Positions 1-10,496 are shown, counted from the stretch's first letter. The stretch is 64,000 nt of DNA from an uncultured Solirubrobacterales bacterium (GCA_963816975.1 CAWFMD010000006.1:1374465-1438464), one strand, 5' to 3'. Made by a program: numbers and translations. Notes: generated from the letters alone by a model not told the origin.

Positions 1-1865
1 ACCTGGCGGCTCTGGTCGCGGGCTCCAAGTACCGCGGTGAGTTCGAGGAGCGCCTCAAGAAGGTGATGAAGGAGATCACCCAGCGCGGCGACATCATCCT
101 CTTCATCGACGAGCTGCACAACCTCGTCGGTGCGGGCGCGGCCGAGGGCGCGATCGACGCTGCCTCGATCCTGAAGCCGGCGTTGGCGCGTGGCGAGCTG
201 CAGACGATCGGTGCGACCACGCTCGACGAGTACCGCAAGTACCTGGAGCGCGACTCCGCGCTCGAGCGGCGCTTCCAGCAGATCAAGGTGGACCAGCCCT
301 CCACGGAGGAAACCGAGCAGATCCTGAAGGGGTTGCGCGAGCGCTACGAGCAGCACCACCGCGTGAAGATCACCGACGAGGCGCTGCACGCCTCGGCCGA
401 GCTTGCCGACCGCTACATCTCCGATCGCTTCCTGCCCGACAAGGCAATCGACCTGATCGACGAGGCCGCATCGCGGGCCCGCATCAAGGCGATGACCGCG
501 CCGCCCGTGTACCGCGACCTCGAGGACGAGATCGAGCAGACGCGGCGCGACAAGGAGGGCTCGATCGAGGCGCAGGAGTTCGAGAAGGCCGCCGGCCTGC
601 GCGACAAGGAGCGGCGCCTGACGAACAAGAAGCGCGAGCTCGAGGACCAGTGGCAGTCGGGTGAAGGCGGCGAGCGCCCCGAGATCGGCGAGGACGAGAT
701 CGCCGACATCGTCTCGATGTGGACGGGCATTCCGGTGTTCAAGCTGACCGAGGCCGAGTCCAAGAAGCTGATGCGCATGGAGGACGAGCTGCACAAGCGC
801 GTGATCGGGCAGCAGAAGTCGATCGAGGCGGTCTCCAAGGCGATCCGCCGCTCGCGCGCGGGCCTCAAGGACCCGAAGCGCCCGACCGGCTCGTTCATCT
901 TCCTCGGCCCCTCCGGCGTCGGCAAGACCGAGCTGGCCCGCACGCTCGCCGAGTTCCTGTTCGGCGACGAGGACGCGATGGTGCGGATCGACATGTCCGA
1001 GTACATGGAGAAGCACTCCGTGTCGCGTCTGGTCGGCTCCCCGCCCGGCTACATCGGCTACGACGAGGGTGGCCAGCTGACCGAGTCCGTGCGGCGCAAG
1101 CCGTACTGCGTGCTGCTGCTCGACGAGATCGAGAAGGCACACCCGGACGTGTTCAACATCCTGCTCCAGATTCTGGAGGACGGTCGGCTGACCGACGCGC
1201 AGGGCCGCACCGTGGACTTCCGCAACGCGATCGTGATCATGACGTCGAACATCGGCGCCGCCGACATCGCGCGGAACACGCCGCTGGGCTTCTCCGTCTC
1301 CGACGAGACCGGGATGACCTACGACGACATGAAGAACCGGATCACCGGCGAACTGAAGAAGGTCTTCCGGCCCGAGTTCCTCAACCGCCTCGACGAGGTG
1401 ATCGTCTTCCACAAGCTGTCCAAGGACGAGATCAAGCTGATCGTCGAGCTGCTGATGCGCCACCTGCGCAAGTCGATGGCGGAGCGCGAGCTACAGATCG
1501 AGATGTCCGAGGACGCCAAGGACTTCCTGGTCGAGAAGGGCTGGGACCCGGCCATGGGCGCACGGCCGCTGCGTCGCGCGATCCAGCGCTACATCGAGGA
1601 CCCGCTCGCCGACGAGGTGCTGAAGACTCCGCTGACCCCCGGTTCGACGGTGCTCGTGGAGCGCGACGAGGAGTCACGCCAGAAGGCTGCCGGCGGCGAC
1701 GGCGAGGAGGAGTTGAAGATCACCATCCTCGCGCCGGTCGAGAAGCCGCCGGAGGAGCAGCCGGTGCCGGTCGGTGGAGCTGACGAGGGCAACGAGCCCG
1801 ATGGCGACGCCGACGCGTCGGGCGACACGGGCGAGCAGCCCGAGCCGCCGCCCACCGAGAGCTAG
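1..1865 (+). CDS. clpC: ATP-dependent Clp protease ATP-binding subunit ClpC (5'-truncated at window edge; frame starts at nt 3)
   Basis: Frame of track ORF 63..1865 stays open back to nt 3 ([25 protein letters not shown]). Clp/Hsp100 hallmarks: UVR-like middle region ([13 protein letters not shown]), NBD2 Walker A GPSGVGKT, Walker [18 protein letters not shown]. Confidence 0.95.
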   Translation, partial: LAALVAGSKYRGEFEERLKKVMKEITQRGDIILFIDELHNLVGAGAAEGAIDAASILKPALARGELQTIGATTLDEYRKYLERDSALERRFQQIKVDQPSTEETEQILKGLRERYEQHHRVKITDEALHASAELADRYISDRFLPDKAIDLIDEAASRARIKAMTAPPVYRDLEDEIEQTRRDKEGSIEAQEFEKAAGLRDKERRLTNKKRELEDQWQSGEGGERPEIGEDEIADIVSMWTGIPVFKLTEAESKKLMRMEDELHKRVIGQQKSIEAVSKAIRRSRAGLKDPKRPTGSFIFLGPSGVGKTELARTLAEFLFGDEDAMVRIDMSEYMEKHSVSRLVGSPPGYIGYDEGGQLTESVRRKPYCVLLLDEIEKAHPDVFNILLQILEDGRLTDAQGRTVDFRNAIVIMTSNIGAADIARNTPLGFSVSDETGMTYDDMKNRITGELKKVFRPEFLNRLDEVIVFHKLSKDEIKLIVELLMRHLRKSMAERELQIEMSEDAKDFLVEKGWDPAMGARPLRRAIQRYIEDPLADEVLKTPLTPGSTVLVERDEESRQKAAGGDGEEELKITILAPVEKPPEEQPVPVGGADEGNEPDGDADASGDTGEQPEPPPTES

Positions 1866-1899
1866 CCGGTCCGCGCGCTCCGCGGGCCGCGCCCCCGGA

Positions 1900-2694
1900 T
1901 CAGTCCTCGGTCTCGCCCTCGAACAGGGCGAACACGGCACCCTGCGGGTCGCGCGAAACCGCAATCCTGCTGCCCTGCAGGATCGACATCGGGCCGACCA
2001 TCACGGTGCCGCCCAGCTCGCCGATCTGCGTCGCACTGCGGTTCAGGTCAGCCGACGTGAAGTACGGCATCCAGTTGGGTGGGACGCCCATCTGCCGCTC
2101 CTGGTCGCCCAGCGCGCGGATGCCGCCATTCATCCTGGCGCCGTTGCGAATCGTCGTGTAGGGCGTCTCGTCGGTACCGACATCTTCGTAGGACCAGCCG
2201 AAGAGATCGGCATAGAAGCTCTTCGCCCGGTCGACGTCTGCGGTCGCAAGCTCGTTCCACGTGAGGCACCCGGGATCGTTGACGAGCTCCGCGCCGATGC
2301 TGGCGCGCGGCTCCCAGATGCACAGCGTCGCGCCGGTCGGATCCGAGCAGACGGCCATCCGGCCCGAGTCGAGCACGTCGAACGGGTCCGTCATGAGGTT
2401 TCCGCCGAGTTCGTTCACCCGCCCCGCCGTGTCGTCGGCGGACGCCACGGTCACGTAGTTGTTCCAGTGCGGCGGGATGCCGTGCGAGCGCTCCTGCTCC
2501 CGCTGCTCGGCGGCCGCGGCCACCGGCCTGCCGCGCAGCCGGAACATGCGGTACACGGAGCCGTCGCCGATCGGGCTGTCGGAGTGGTCCCAGCCCAGCA
2601 GCCCCTCGTAGAAGGCCGTGGCGCCCTCGCCGTCGCGGGTCGACAGGTCGACCCAGCTGAACGTGCCCGGAGCATGGCTCGTGCGCTCTCCCAT
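1900..2694 (-). CDS. VOC (glyoxalase/bleomycin-resistance/dioxygenase) family protein, two tandem halves
   Basis: Two similar halves (FSWVDLST..FYEGLLGW and LTWNELAT..FYADLFGW). ATG at 2694 (MGERTSHAPGTF) chosen. The 137 upstream codons of the track ORF are Arg/Ala/Pro-rich and run into the neighbouring gene. Confidence 0.8.
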   Translation of the reverse strand: MGERTSHAPGTFSWVDLSTRDGEGATAFYEGLLGWDHSDSPIGDGSVYRMFRLRGRPVAAAAEQREQERSHGIPPHWNNYVTVASADDTAGRVNELGGNLMTDPFDVLDSGRMAVCSDPTGATLCIWEPRASIGAELVNDPGCLTWNELATADVDRAKSFYADLFGWSYEDVGTDETPYTTIRNGARMNGGIRALGDQERQMGVPPNWMPYFTSADLNRSATQIGELGGTVMVGPMSILQGSRIAVSRDPQGAVFALFEGETED

Positions 2695-2735
2695 CGCGCG
2701 GCATGCTAGCCAACGGCCCGGGGACTGCTCGCGGC

Positions 2736-4940
2736 TCAGGAACGCTTGCGGCGGCGCCGCGCTCGGCGCAGGCGACGCGCGACACGCGCCGCCTCGCGCC
2801 GGTTCGCAGCCGGTGCGATCCGCACCGCGAGGCCCACCCGCCGGAACCTGCGCTGGTGCGCCAGCTGCACGGCGAGCGTGGGCCCGGGCCGGGGCGCGGA
2901 GGACTGCGCCTTCGGCCTCAGGATGTGCGCCGTGGCGCGCGGGCGCGCGCCGGTGGGCACGACCACGTACCCGGTCTCTTCGCCGGCGAGGTAGAAGTAC
3001 GCGACGTCGCGCAGGGATACCTGGCGCCGTTTCCGCTGCGGCTCGGCCAGCGTGACCCGGCGGCCGCCGCGCATCACCGCCTCCACGCGCGCGGTCTTGC
3101 CCCACGAGGGAAACATCACGTCAACCGTGTACCGCGCCCGGATGCGGCGCATCACGGCCCAGCGCGTCTCCACATGGCTCGGCGTGAACTTGTGCGTGGT
3201 GTCGATCACGACCTCGCGCGATTCCCGGCGGCCTTTCGCGACGAGGCTCTGGAAGGGCCCGGCGTATGGCCGGGCCGGATACGCCGGTGCAGCCGCCACC
3301 CGCCCCCGCGGTGAGGACAGCAGCGTGATCGGCGGGATCGGCGGCGCCACGGACCGCGGCCGCTGGGACGTGGCGATCTCCTGCTCACCACTGCGCACCA
3401 GCACGCCGAAGCTCGCCCACGGCCGGCCGCCCACGTTGGACACCACCCGCTGGTCGCCGTCATAGAGCCGGCACAGCTCCGTGCCGCCGTAGGGGAAGGC
3501 TCGCTGGTTGACCGGCACCACGGCGGTCGAGTAGCGCGGCGTGGTGATCGACAGGCGCCCGATGTCGGCATCGAAGGAGTACAGCGCAGGCGGCTCCTCG
3601 CCGCCCATCTCGCCCAGACCCAGCGCGATCGCGCGCGCCGCGTTCGCCTGCATGCGGGCGGCGAACAGCTCGCGGATGCTCGGGCCGAGCGGGGCGACGT
3701 TCACGTCGTAGAGGTTGGAGGGAGCGATCCCCTTCGCGTCGGGCGCCTCGCGCGAGAGCCGCTCGTACAGGCCGAGGCCGCGATCGAACATGTACTTCGC
3801 CCATGACCCGATCTCGGACCGGGCGTGAAAGCGCGGCGCCACGGCGATCGCCAGCAGTCCCTGCTGCGCGAGCGCCCAGGTGCGGCCGGCGTGCCAGCGC
3901 TTGAATCCGTAGCCGGTGTCCCAGTTCAGGTAGCCGCCATGGGTCCAGTAGGCGCACACGATGTGCTCGACCCAGGCCCGTAGCAGGCGGTAGTGATCGG
4001 GATGCAGCAGCGGCATGCCCGCGCGCACGGCCTGCTCGTGGTAGAGGATGAAGTGGCAGGTCTCGCTCGCATATTCGGCGCTGTCCACGTTGAACGGATG
4101 AGTCGGGGCCCGGTGGGGCAGATAGTGGAACCTGTAACCCGGCCCGAGGTTGGGCGAACCGCCCGGCGTGAGCGCGCGCGGGATGCCGTCGCAGAAGCGC
4201 GTCACCTGGGCGCGGTAGTCGTTGACGAGCAGCTCCGTGTCGCCCGTGATGCTCGCCGCATGGGCGTACAGCTCGCAGTTCCAGTTGACCTGGTTGAGGC
4301 GCACGTTCGGGAAGCGGAAGAACGGCCCGCGGGCGGCGCGGCTGACGCGGTCCGCGATCATGTCCACCGTCTCCTGCGGGAGTCGCAGCACGTCGCGTGC
4401 TCGCCACGCGTAGACGAGGGCCTCCGCAACCTTCGGATCGATCGACTTGTCCATCGCCGAGTCGCGGGTCCCGAGGCTCTCGACCCAGCCGGGGTTGTGG
4501 AACTGCGAGTCCCCGTCCGGCGACGCATCGCGCTCGCTCCACGGGGGCGACTCGCAGAGCCGCCGCGCGAGCGCGGCGGCGCGGCCGTCGTTGCGCGTCG
4601 GACCGACGTGGCCCGCGAGCGCGGCCACGGCGTGGGTCGTGAGCAACAGGGCGTTGTGGTAGATGCGGCCGACGGTGCTGTTGCCCGAGCCGTAATGCGA
4701 CCTGTCGTCCAGCCACAGGCCGTCGAAGTACGGTGCCAGCCAGTCCGCGAAGCGCCAGTAGTCGGCTGCCTTCAGCGGGGGCCGCGGGAGGCCGGGCGGA
4801 ACGAGGGCGCGATGCTCGGCTGCGTGGAACCCGAACGCGGGAGCCGGGACTGCGCCCAGGCCCCCGAGCGCCGCCGCACCGGCGCCCAATTGCGCGGAGC
4901 GCAGCATGAACTTCCTGCGTGTCAGCGATGGATCTGGCAT
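2736..4940 (-). CDS. Tat-signal secreted protein of unknown function (734 aa)
   Basis: N-terminus MPDPSLTRRKFMLRSAQLGAGAAALGGLGAVPAPAFG has a twin-arginine motif plus hydrophobic core. Coding-like composition throughout, with a very basic C-terminal tail (RRLRRARRRRKRS). Family not recognised with confidence. Confidence 0.75.
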   Translation of the reverse strand: MPDPSLTRRKFMLRSAQLGAGAAALGGLGAVPAPAFGFHAAEHRALVPPGLPRPPLKAADYWRFADWLAPYFDGLWLDDRSHYGSGNSTVGRIYHNALLLTTHAVAALAGHVGPTRNDGRAAALARRLCESPPWSERDASPDGDSQFHNPGWVESLGTRDSAMDKSIDPKVAEALVYAWRARDVLRLPQETVDMIADRVSRAARGPFFRFPNVRLNQVNWNCELYAHAASITGDTELLVNDYRAQVTRFCDGIPRALTPGGSPNLGPGYRFHYLPHRAPTHPFNVDSAEYASETCHFILYHEQAVRAGMPLLHPDHYRLLRAWVEHIVCAYWTHGGYLNWDTGYGFKRWHAGRTWALAQQGLLAIAVAPRFHARSEIGSWAKYMFDRGLGLYERLSREAPDAKGIAPSNLYDVNVAPLGPSIRELFAARMQANAARAIALGLGEMGGEEPPALYSFDADIGRLSITTPRYSTAVVPVNQRAFPYGGTELCRLYDGDQRVVSNVGGRPWASFGVLVRSGEQEIATSQRPRSVAPPIPPITLLSSPRGRVAAAPAYPARPYAGPFQSLVAKGRRESREVVIDTTHKFTPSHVETRWAVMRRIRARYTVDVMFPSWGKTARVEAVMRGGRRVTLAEPQRKRRQVSLRDVAYFYLAGEETGYVVVPTGARPRATAHILRPKAQSSAPRPGPTLAVQLAHQRRFRRVGLAVRIAPAANRREAARVARRLRRARRRRKRS

Positions 4941-5098
4941 CGAAGGCTGTGCAGCGGGCCGCGTGCTCAGGCTTGAACACGCGTGGGCCGGCGGCGGAGC
5001 GGTTTCCGGCCGGGTCTGCCCCGACAGGTTGTCAGGCCCGACGGGCGGCCGCGCCGCCGCGCAATAGCGTCGGGCGCGGCCCTTATGGTGACAAGGTC

Positions 5099-6529
5099 AT
5101 GGCCAAGCCTGTCGCCAGCTTCGCATGCACCGCCTGCGGCCAGGCCAGCCTGCGGTGGATGGGCCGCTGCCCGGGGTGCGGTGAGTGGAACACCCTGGTC
5201 GAAGAAAAGGCCGCCGATCGGCAGGCCGATCGGCGGGTTCGCGCTCGGGACCCGCGCGCATCGGGACGCCGGCGCGCGGCCGAGCCGCGCAAGCCGGTCG
5301 TCCTCGCCGACGTCGAGAGCGGCGCGGCCGACCGCCTGCGCACGGGCAGCGACGAGCTCGATCGTGTGCTCGGCGGCGGCCTCGTACCAGGCTCGGTCGT
5401 GCTGATCGGGGGCTCGCCCGGCATCGGCAAGAGCACCCTGATGAGCGCCGCCCTGGCGAACATCCAGGCCGCCGGCGCACGCTCGCTCTACGTCAGCGGC
5501 GAGGAGTCCGCAGCCCAGGTGAAGCTGCGCGCCGAGCGGCTCGGTCCCCATGCACTGGGCGTCCCGGTGCTGGCCGAGACCTCGCTCGAGGTGGTGCTCG
5601 CGTCGCTCGAGCAGGAGCGCCCGCAAGCTTGCGTGATCGACTCCGTGCAGACGCTCTGGTCGGCCGAGCTGACCGGCGCTCCGGGCAGCGTGGGACAGGT
5701 GCAGGAGGTCGCCGCGGCGCTCGAGCGCTTCGCCCGCGCGCACGGCTGCGCCATGATCCTGGTGGGCCACGTGACCAAGGAGGGCACCCTCGCCGGCCCG
5801 CGCGTGCTGGAGCACGCCGTCGATTGCGTCCTGCAGTTCGAGGGCGAGCGGGAGCGGAGCTTCCGGACGCTGCGCGCGCTGAAGAACCGCTTCGGGTCGA
5901 CCAACGAGATCGGGGTCTTCGAGATGCGCGCGGGGGGCCTCGACGAGGTCGCCGATCCCTCCGAGCGCTTCCTGCGCGATGCGGAGCCGGTGCCCGGTTC
6001 CTGCGTGCTCTGCGCGATGGAGGGCACGCGTCCGCTGCTGGTCGAGGTCCAGGCCCTGGTCGCACCCACGGACGTCGCGCCCCCGCGGCGGGTCGCGAAC
6101 GGCATCGACCGCAACCGGCTCAGCATGATCCTGGCTGTGCTGGCGCGCCACGGTGGGCCGTCGCTGGGAGCCGCGGACGTCTTCGTGAACGTGGCCGGTG
6201 GCGTCCGCATCGAGGAGCCCGGGGCCGACCTCGCCGTGGCGCTCGCGATCACGTCCGCCGCACGCAATGAGCCGCTCTCGGGCGGCGGGTCGCAGTCCGG
6301 GTGCTTCGGCGAGATCGGGCTGACCGGCGAGCTGCGCTACGTGGCCCATGCCGACCGGCGGCTGGAGGAGGCGGCGCGCTTCGGCCTCGAGCGGATCTTG
6401 CTCCCCGCGCGCTGCGGGGACGACGAGCTGCCGCCCGCCCGGAGGGCCCTGGCGGTGCCTGCGCCGACCCTCGCGCAGGCGCTTGCAGCGGCGCTCGGGA
6501 GCGGCGCGGAAGATCGCCGCGCGGCCTGA
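5099..6529 (+). CDS. radA: DNA repair protein RadA/Sms
   Basis: C4 zinc ribbon (CTACG..CPGCGEW), RecA-like Walker A GGSPGIGKST, LKNRFGSTNE motif, Lon-like C-terminal domain. ATG 5099 (MAKPVASFAC) preferred over track start 4919. Confidence 0.95.
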   Translation: MAKPVASFACTACGQASLRWMGRCPGCGEWNTLVEEKAADRQADRRVRARDPRASGRRRAAEPRKPVVLADVESGAADRLRTGSDELDRVLGGGLVPGSVVLIGGSPGIGKSTLMSAALANIQAAGARSLYVSGEESAAQVKLRAERLGPHALGVPVLAETSLEVVLASLEQERPQACVIDSVQTLWSAELTGAPGSVGQVQEVAAALERFARAHGCAMILVGHVTKEGTLAGPRVLEHAVDCVLQFEGERERSFRTLRALKNRFGSTNEIGVFEMRAGGLDEVADPSERFLRDAEPVPGSCVLCAMEGTRPLLVEVQALVAPTDVAPPRRVANGIDRNRLSMILAVLARHGGPSLGAADVFVNVAGGVRIEEPGADLAVALAITSAARNEPLSGGGSQSGCFGEIGLTGELRYVAHADRRLEEAARFGLERILLPARCGDDELPPARRALAVPAPTLAQALAAALGSGAEDRRAA

Positions 6530-6681
6530 GCCGAACCTGCTTCCCGGCCGGCCGGCGACCACGTGGCTTTAGTGCTGAATGTGACATGCTGCGGAGTCGC
6601 GTTCCGCATGGCGCCACGCTTTTCGGGCGGATTTCCAGCCAGACCGCGCTAACAGCGAAGTTTTCCTATCATTCGACGTCC

Positions 6682-7791
6682 ATGCGAGTAGGGGAAGAGT
6701 TAATCGAGGAGCTTCATTCTCGACAAGAACCCCGACTCCTCAGAGCATTGGAGATGGTCGCCCCGGGCACGGCGCTGCGGGAGGGCATCGACAACTGCGT
6801 GCTTGCTCGCACCGGGGCGCTGATCGTGATCGGCGACGAGGACGGCATGGTTCCGCTGCTGTCGGGTGGCATCAAGCTCGACATCGAGTACACGCCCGCC
6901 TTCCTCTACCAGCTCGCGAAGATGGACGGGGCCATCACGCTCACCCAGAACGCGACCAAGCTGATGTGGGCGAACGTGCAGCTCACCCCTGACCCGACGA
7001 TCCTCTCGCGCGAAACGGGAACGCGCCACCGCACCGCGGAGCGGGTCTCGAAGCAGACGGACGCGCTGGTGGTCTCGATCTCGGAGCGCCGCGAGGTCGT
7101 CACCCTGTTCGCCGGCGGAGCCAAGTACGTGCTCCAGGAGATCCCGGCCGTCCTCGCGAAGGCCAACCAGGCGCTGGCCACCCTCGACAAGTACCGGGCG
7201 CGCTTCGATCAGGTGTCCATGCGGCTGACCGCCCTCGAGTTCGAGGGCGGGGTCACGCTCCACGATGCGCTCACGGTGTTGCAGCGCTCCGAGATGGTGA
7301 CCCGCATGGCGGTCGAGATCGAACGCTACATCGTCGAGCTGGGGACCGAGGGGCGGCTGATCGAGATGCAGCTCGAGGAGATGCTCACGGGCGTCGCCGC
7401 CGACCGCTCCGCGCTTGTCAAGGACTACATCGTGGACCCGTCGGAAGAGGCGTTCGCGGCGGTCATGGAGTCGCTCCCGCGGCTTCCCAACCAGGACCTG
7501 CTGGACTTCGGCCGCCTGGGTGAGCTGATGGGTTACGACCGCAAGCTGAACACCCTGGACTTTCCCGTCACCCCGCGCGGCTACCGCATCCTGGGCCGCA
7601 TTCCTCGCCTCCCCGAGATGGTCGTGGAGAGCGTTGTGCGGGAGTTCGGAAGCTTCGACGTGATGCTGGCCGCGACAGCCGACGAGCTGGAGGCGGTCGA
7701 GGGCGTCGGTGAGCTGCGCGCGAAGGAGATCAGGGAGGGCCTCCGGCGCCTGCAGGAGATCAATCTTGTCGACCGCTACCTCCAGACATGA
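6682..7791 (+). CDS. disA: DNA integrity scanning protein DisA (diadenylate cyclase)
   Basis: DAC domain motifs (TGALIVIGDEDG, MDGAITL, GTRHRTAERVS), helical linker, C-terminal HhH-like region (VGELRAKEIREGL). ATG 6682 (MRVGEELIEEL). Confidence 0.95.
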   Translation: MRVGEELIEELHSRQEPRLLRALEMVAPGTALREGIDNCVLARTGALIVIGDEDGMVPLLSGGIKLDIEYTPAFLYQLAKMDGAITLTQNATKLMWANVQLTPDPTILSRETGTRHRTAERVSKQTDALVVSISERREVVTLFAGGAKYVLQEIPAVLAKANQALATLDKYRARFDQVSMRLTALEFEGGVTLHDALTVLQRSEMVTRMAVEIERYIVELGTEGRLIEMQLEEMLTGVAADRSALVKDYIVDPSEEAFAAVMESLPRLPNQDLLDFGRLGELMGYDRKLNTLDFPVTPRGYRILGRIPRLPEMVVESVVREFGSFDVMLAATADELEAVEGVGELRAKEIREGLRRLQEINLVDRYLQT

Positions 7792-7792
7792 G

Positions 7793-7818
7793 CCGTCCGC
7801 TCGTAAGCAAACGGACGG
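7793..7818 (+). terminator. Hairpin after disA (CCGTCCG-12 nt-CGGACGG)
   Basis: 7-bp GC-rich inverted repeat starting 2 nt after the disA stop. No U-tract. Confidence 0.35.
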
Positions 7819-7922
7819 CGGGGAAGCGGCACGGGCGAACCGCCAGCTAGAGGGCAACGCAGAAGCAGGGCAAAGCAGAACCGGCAGAACCAAAGGAGGA
7901 CACCATTCCCGAAGCAACACCA

Positions 7923-8471
7923 GTGGAGAACGGCGCGGTAGAGGTGGACGCGATCATCGTCAACTACAAGGTTGGCGACAAGGTCGTGTATCCGCATCAC
8001 GGCGCCGGAAAGGTCCTGAAGAAGGAGAAGCGGGCGATGATCGGCGAGATGCGCGAGTACCTCACGATCAAGATCCTGCACAACGACATGACGGTCATGG
8101 TGCCGAGCGCCAGCGCGGGGCGGGCAGGCCTGCGCCGGGTGATCGGCGAGGCCGAGGTCGAGCGGGTGCTGGGCGTCTTGCGGGACGACATGAGCCAGAT
8201 GCCGAAGAACTGGAATCGGCGCTTCAAGCACAACCGCGACAAGATGAAGACGGGGGACATCTTCGAGCTCGCCGAGGTGGTGCGTAATCTCGCGATTCGT
8301 GATTTCCAGAAAGGCCTCTCCACGGGGGAGAAGCAGATGTTCACGCGAGCCAAGAAGATCCTCGCGTCCGAGCTCATGTACGCGCTCGACATGGAGGAGA
8401 AGGACGCCGAGGACTACCTCGACGACCTGCTCGAGGAGACCAACACGGAGCGCGCAGGGGCCGCGAGCTAG
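7923..8471 (+). CDS. carD: CarD/CdnL family RNA polymerase-binding transcription regulator
   Basis: KVGDKVVYPHHGAGKV..EYLTIKI is the CarD_CdnL_TRCF signature. GTG 7923 is from the track. The start is uncertain (see the finding on an in-frame ATT at 7905 behind AGGAGG). Confidence 0.9.
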   Translation: MENGAVEVDAIIVNYKVGDKVVYPHHGAGKVLKKEKRAMIGEMREYLTIKILHNDMTVMVPSASAGRAGLRRVIGEAEVERVLGVLRDDMSQMPKNWNRRFKHNRDKMKTGDIFELAEVVRNLAIRDFQKGLSTGEKQMFTRAKKILASELMYALDMEEKDAEDYLDDLLEETNTERAGAAS

Positions 8472-8521
8472 TACTACTGGCGGGCTTTGACGCCCGGGCA
8501 TCACATCCGAGGAGGGCAGCG

Positions 8522-9208
8522 GTGGCCACGGCCCTCCTAGCGGCGGCGGGCGCCGGGGGACGCCTCGGCGCCGCCACGCCCAAGGCATTAGCCGAGGTCG
8601 CCGGCCGCGCGCTGATCGGGTGGAGCCTCGAGGCACTGGATGCCGCGGCCACCATCGACCGCGTCGTGATCGCCTTTCCGCCTGACTGGGAGGACGCCGT
8701 GCAGAAGGTCGCACGTCTCACCGCCCCGTCCGTGGAGATCTCGCTCACCCGTGGCGGGACGAGTCGCTCCCACTCGGTCAGGAACGCGCTCGCGGCGATC
8801 GAGGGCGCCGACGAGATCCTGGTCCACGACGCCGCCCGGCCGCTCGTCACTGCGGAGTTGATCGACCGCTGCGTGGAGCAGCGCCGCCAGTGGGACTGCG
8901 ACGGAGTGGTGGCCGCGGCCCGCGCGGTGGACACGATCAAGGAGGCCGACGCGGGCGGCCGGGTGATCGCGACCCTCGAACGCCGTCACCTGTGGGCGAT
9001 CCAGACACCGCAGGTGTTCACCGCCTCCGTCCTGCGTGAGGCGCTCGATCGCGGCGACCTCGACCGCGCCTACGACGACGCCCAGCTCGTCGAGGGGATC
9101 GGAGGCGACGTCAGGATCGTGGAGGCGCCGCGCCAGAACTTCAAGGTCACGACCCAGCACGATCTGCGGGTCGCGGAGTGGCTGCTCGAGGAGCGGCGCC
9201 GCGGCTGA
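8522..9208 (+). CDS. ispD: 2-C-methyl-D-erythritol 4-phosphate cytidylyltransferase
   Basis: N-terminal LLAAAGAGGRLG..PKALAEVAGRALI nucleotidyltransferase motif, with IspD-like length and order. GAGGAGGG lies 4-5 nt before GTG 8522. Confidence 0.9.
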   Translation: MATALLAAAGAGGRLGAATPKALAEVAGRALIGWSLEALDAAATIDRVVIAFPPDWEDAVQKVARLTAPSVEISLTRGGTSRSHSVRNALAAIEGADEILVHDAARPLVTAELIDRCVEQRRQWDCDGVVAAARAVDTIKEADAGGRVIATLERRHLWAIQTPQVFTASVLREALDRGDLDRAYDDAQLVEGIGGDVRIVEAPRQNFKVTTQHDLRVAEWLLEERRRG

Positions 9209-10029
9209 TGCTGACCGACTACCACACTCATCTGCGCCCCGACGCGCGCGACACTCCAGCCGCGCGGTACTTCACCGAGGACAACGTGCGGCGCTACCTC
9301 GAGGCCGCGCAGGGGCAGGGCATCGAGGAGCTTGGCTTCTCGGAGCACGTCTATCGCTTCCGCGAGAGCCTCGCGGTGTGGCGCCACCCGTTCTGGGTGG
9401 AGTGCGCCCAGGACTCGCTGGACGAGTACGTCGAGTTCCTGATCTCCATGCCGGTCAAGGTCGGCCTGGAGCTCGACTGGATCCCCGGGCGCGAGGAGCA
9501 GCTTGCGGCAATCGCCGATGCGTACCCCTGGGACTACATAATCGGGTCGGTGCACTTCATCGCAGACCGCGCTGTCGACCACGACGGATACGACATCTGG
9601 GCCACGTCGAGCCCCGACGAAGTGTGGTCTGCCTACTTCGATGCGCTCGGCGAGGCGGCCGCCAGCGGGCTCTTCGACGTGCTCGCGCACCCCGACCTCG
9701 TGAAGGTCTGGGGAAATGACAGACCGCGCCCGCCGCGGCCGGCGCGCGAGTACTACGAGCTGGCGATGGACCGGATCGCCGCCGCGGACGTGGCGATCGA
9801 GGTCTCCACGGCGGGGCTGCGCAAGCCCGTCGGCGAGATCTACCCGGAGCGCGAGCTGCTCGAGGCCTTCGCCGCTGCCGGCAAGCCCGTGTCGCTGTCC
9901 TCCGACGCGCACGAACCGGAGTGGATCGGCTACGGCTACGACCAGGCGGTGGCACTGATGCGCGAGTGCGGAATCGACCGCGTTTGCGTGTTCGAGGGCC
10001 GCCAGCGCCGCGAGGTCCCGCTCGGATGA
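9208..10029 (+). CDS. PHP-family histidinol-phosphatase-like protein (HisJ/HisK type)
   Basis: MLTDYHTHLRP start, plus SEHV, GSVHF, AHPDL and SSDAH metal-ligand motifs of the PHP fold. ATG 9208 overlaps the ispD TGA by 1 nt. Confidence 0.85.
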   Translation: MLTDYHTHLRPDARDTPAARYFTEDNVRRYLEAAQGQGIEELGFSEHVYRFRESLAVWRHPFWVECAQDSLDEYVEFLISMPVKVGLELDWIPGREEQLAAIADAYPWDYIIGSVHFIADRAVDHDGYDIWATSSPDEVWSAYFDALGEAAASGLFDVLAHPDLVKVWGNDRPRPPRPAREYYELAMDRIAAADVAIEVSTAGLRKPVGEIYPERELLEAFAAAGKPVSLSSDAHEPEWIGYGYDQAVALMRECGIDRVCVFEGRQRREVPLG

Positions 10030-10496
10030 GGTCCGGGATCGGCTACGACGTGCACCGGTTCGGTGACGGCCGCAGGCTCGTGCTGGGAGGGGTCGAGATT
10101 GCGGGGGAACGCGGGCTCGAGGGTCATTCGGACGCGGACGTGGTGACCCATGCCGTGGCGGACGCGTTGCTCGGCGCGGCCGGGCTCGGTGACATCGGCG
10201 AGCACTTCCCGGACGACGATCCGCGCTACCAGGACGCCGACAGCATCGACCTGCTGGCGCAGATCGCGCGAAAGCTCGGCGGCTGGCGGCTCGTGAACGT
10301 GGATGTCAGCGTGATCGCGGAGCAGCCGCGGCTCGCGCCGCTCAAGCGCGCGATGGCCGAGCGGCTGGCGGGCGCCCTGGGCATCGACGCGTCGTGCGTG
10401 AACGTGAAGGCCACGACGAGCGAGGGCATGGGCTTCGTCGGCCGCGGCGAAGGGATCGCCGCGTTGGCTGTGGCACAGATCGAGCGCGACGGGTGA
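10026..10496 (+). CDS. ispF: 2-C-methyl-D-erythritol 2,4-cyclodiphosphate synthase
   Basis: GIGYDVHRF, GHSDADV and DIGEHFPD motifs. ATG 10026 forms an ATGA overlap with the preceding stop. Confidence 0.95.
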   Translation: MRSGIGYDVHRFGDGRRLVLGGVEIAGERGLEGHSDADVVTHAVADALLGAAGLGDIGEHFPDDDPRYQDADSIDLLAQIARKLGGWRLVNVDVSVIAEQPRLAPLKRAMAERLAGALGIDASCVNVKATTSEGMGFVGRGEGIAALAVAQIERDG

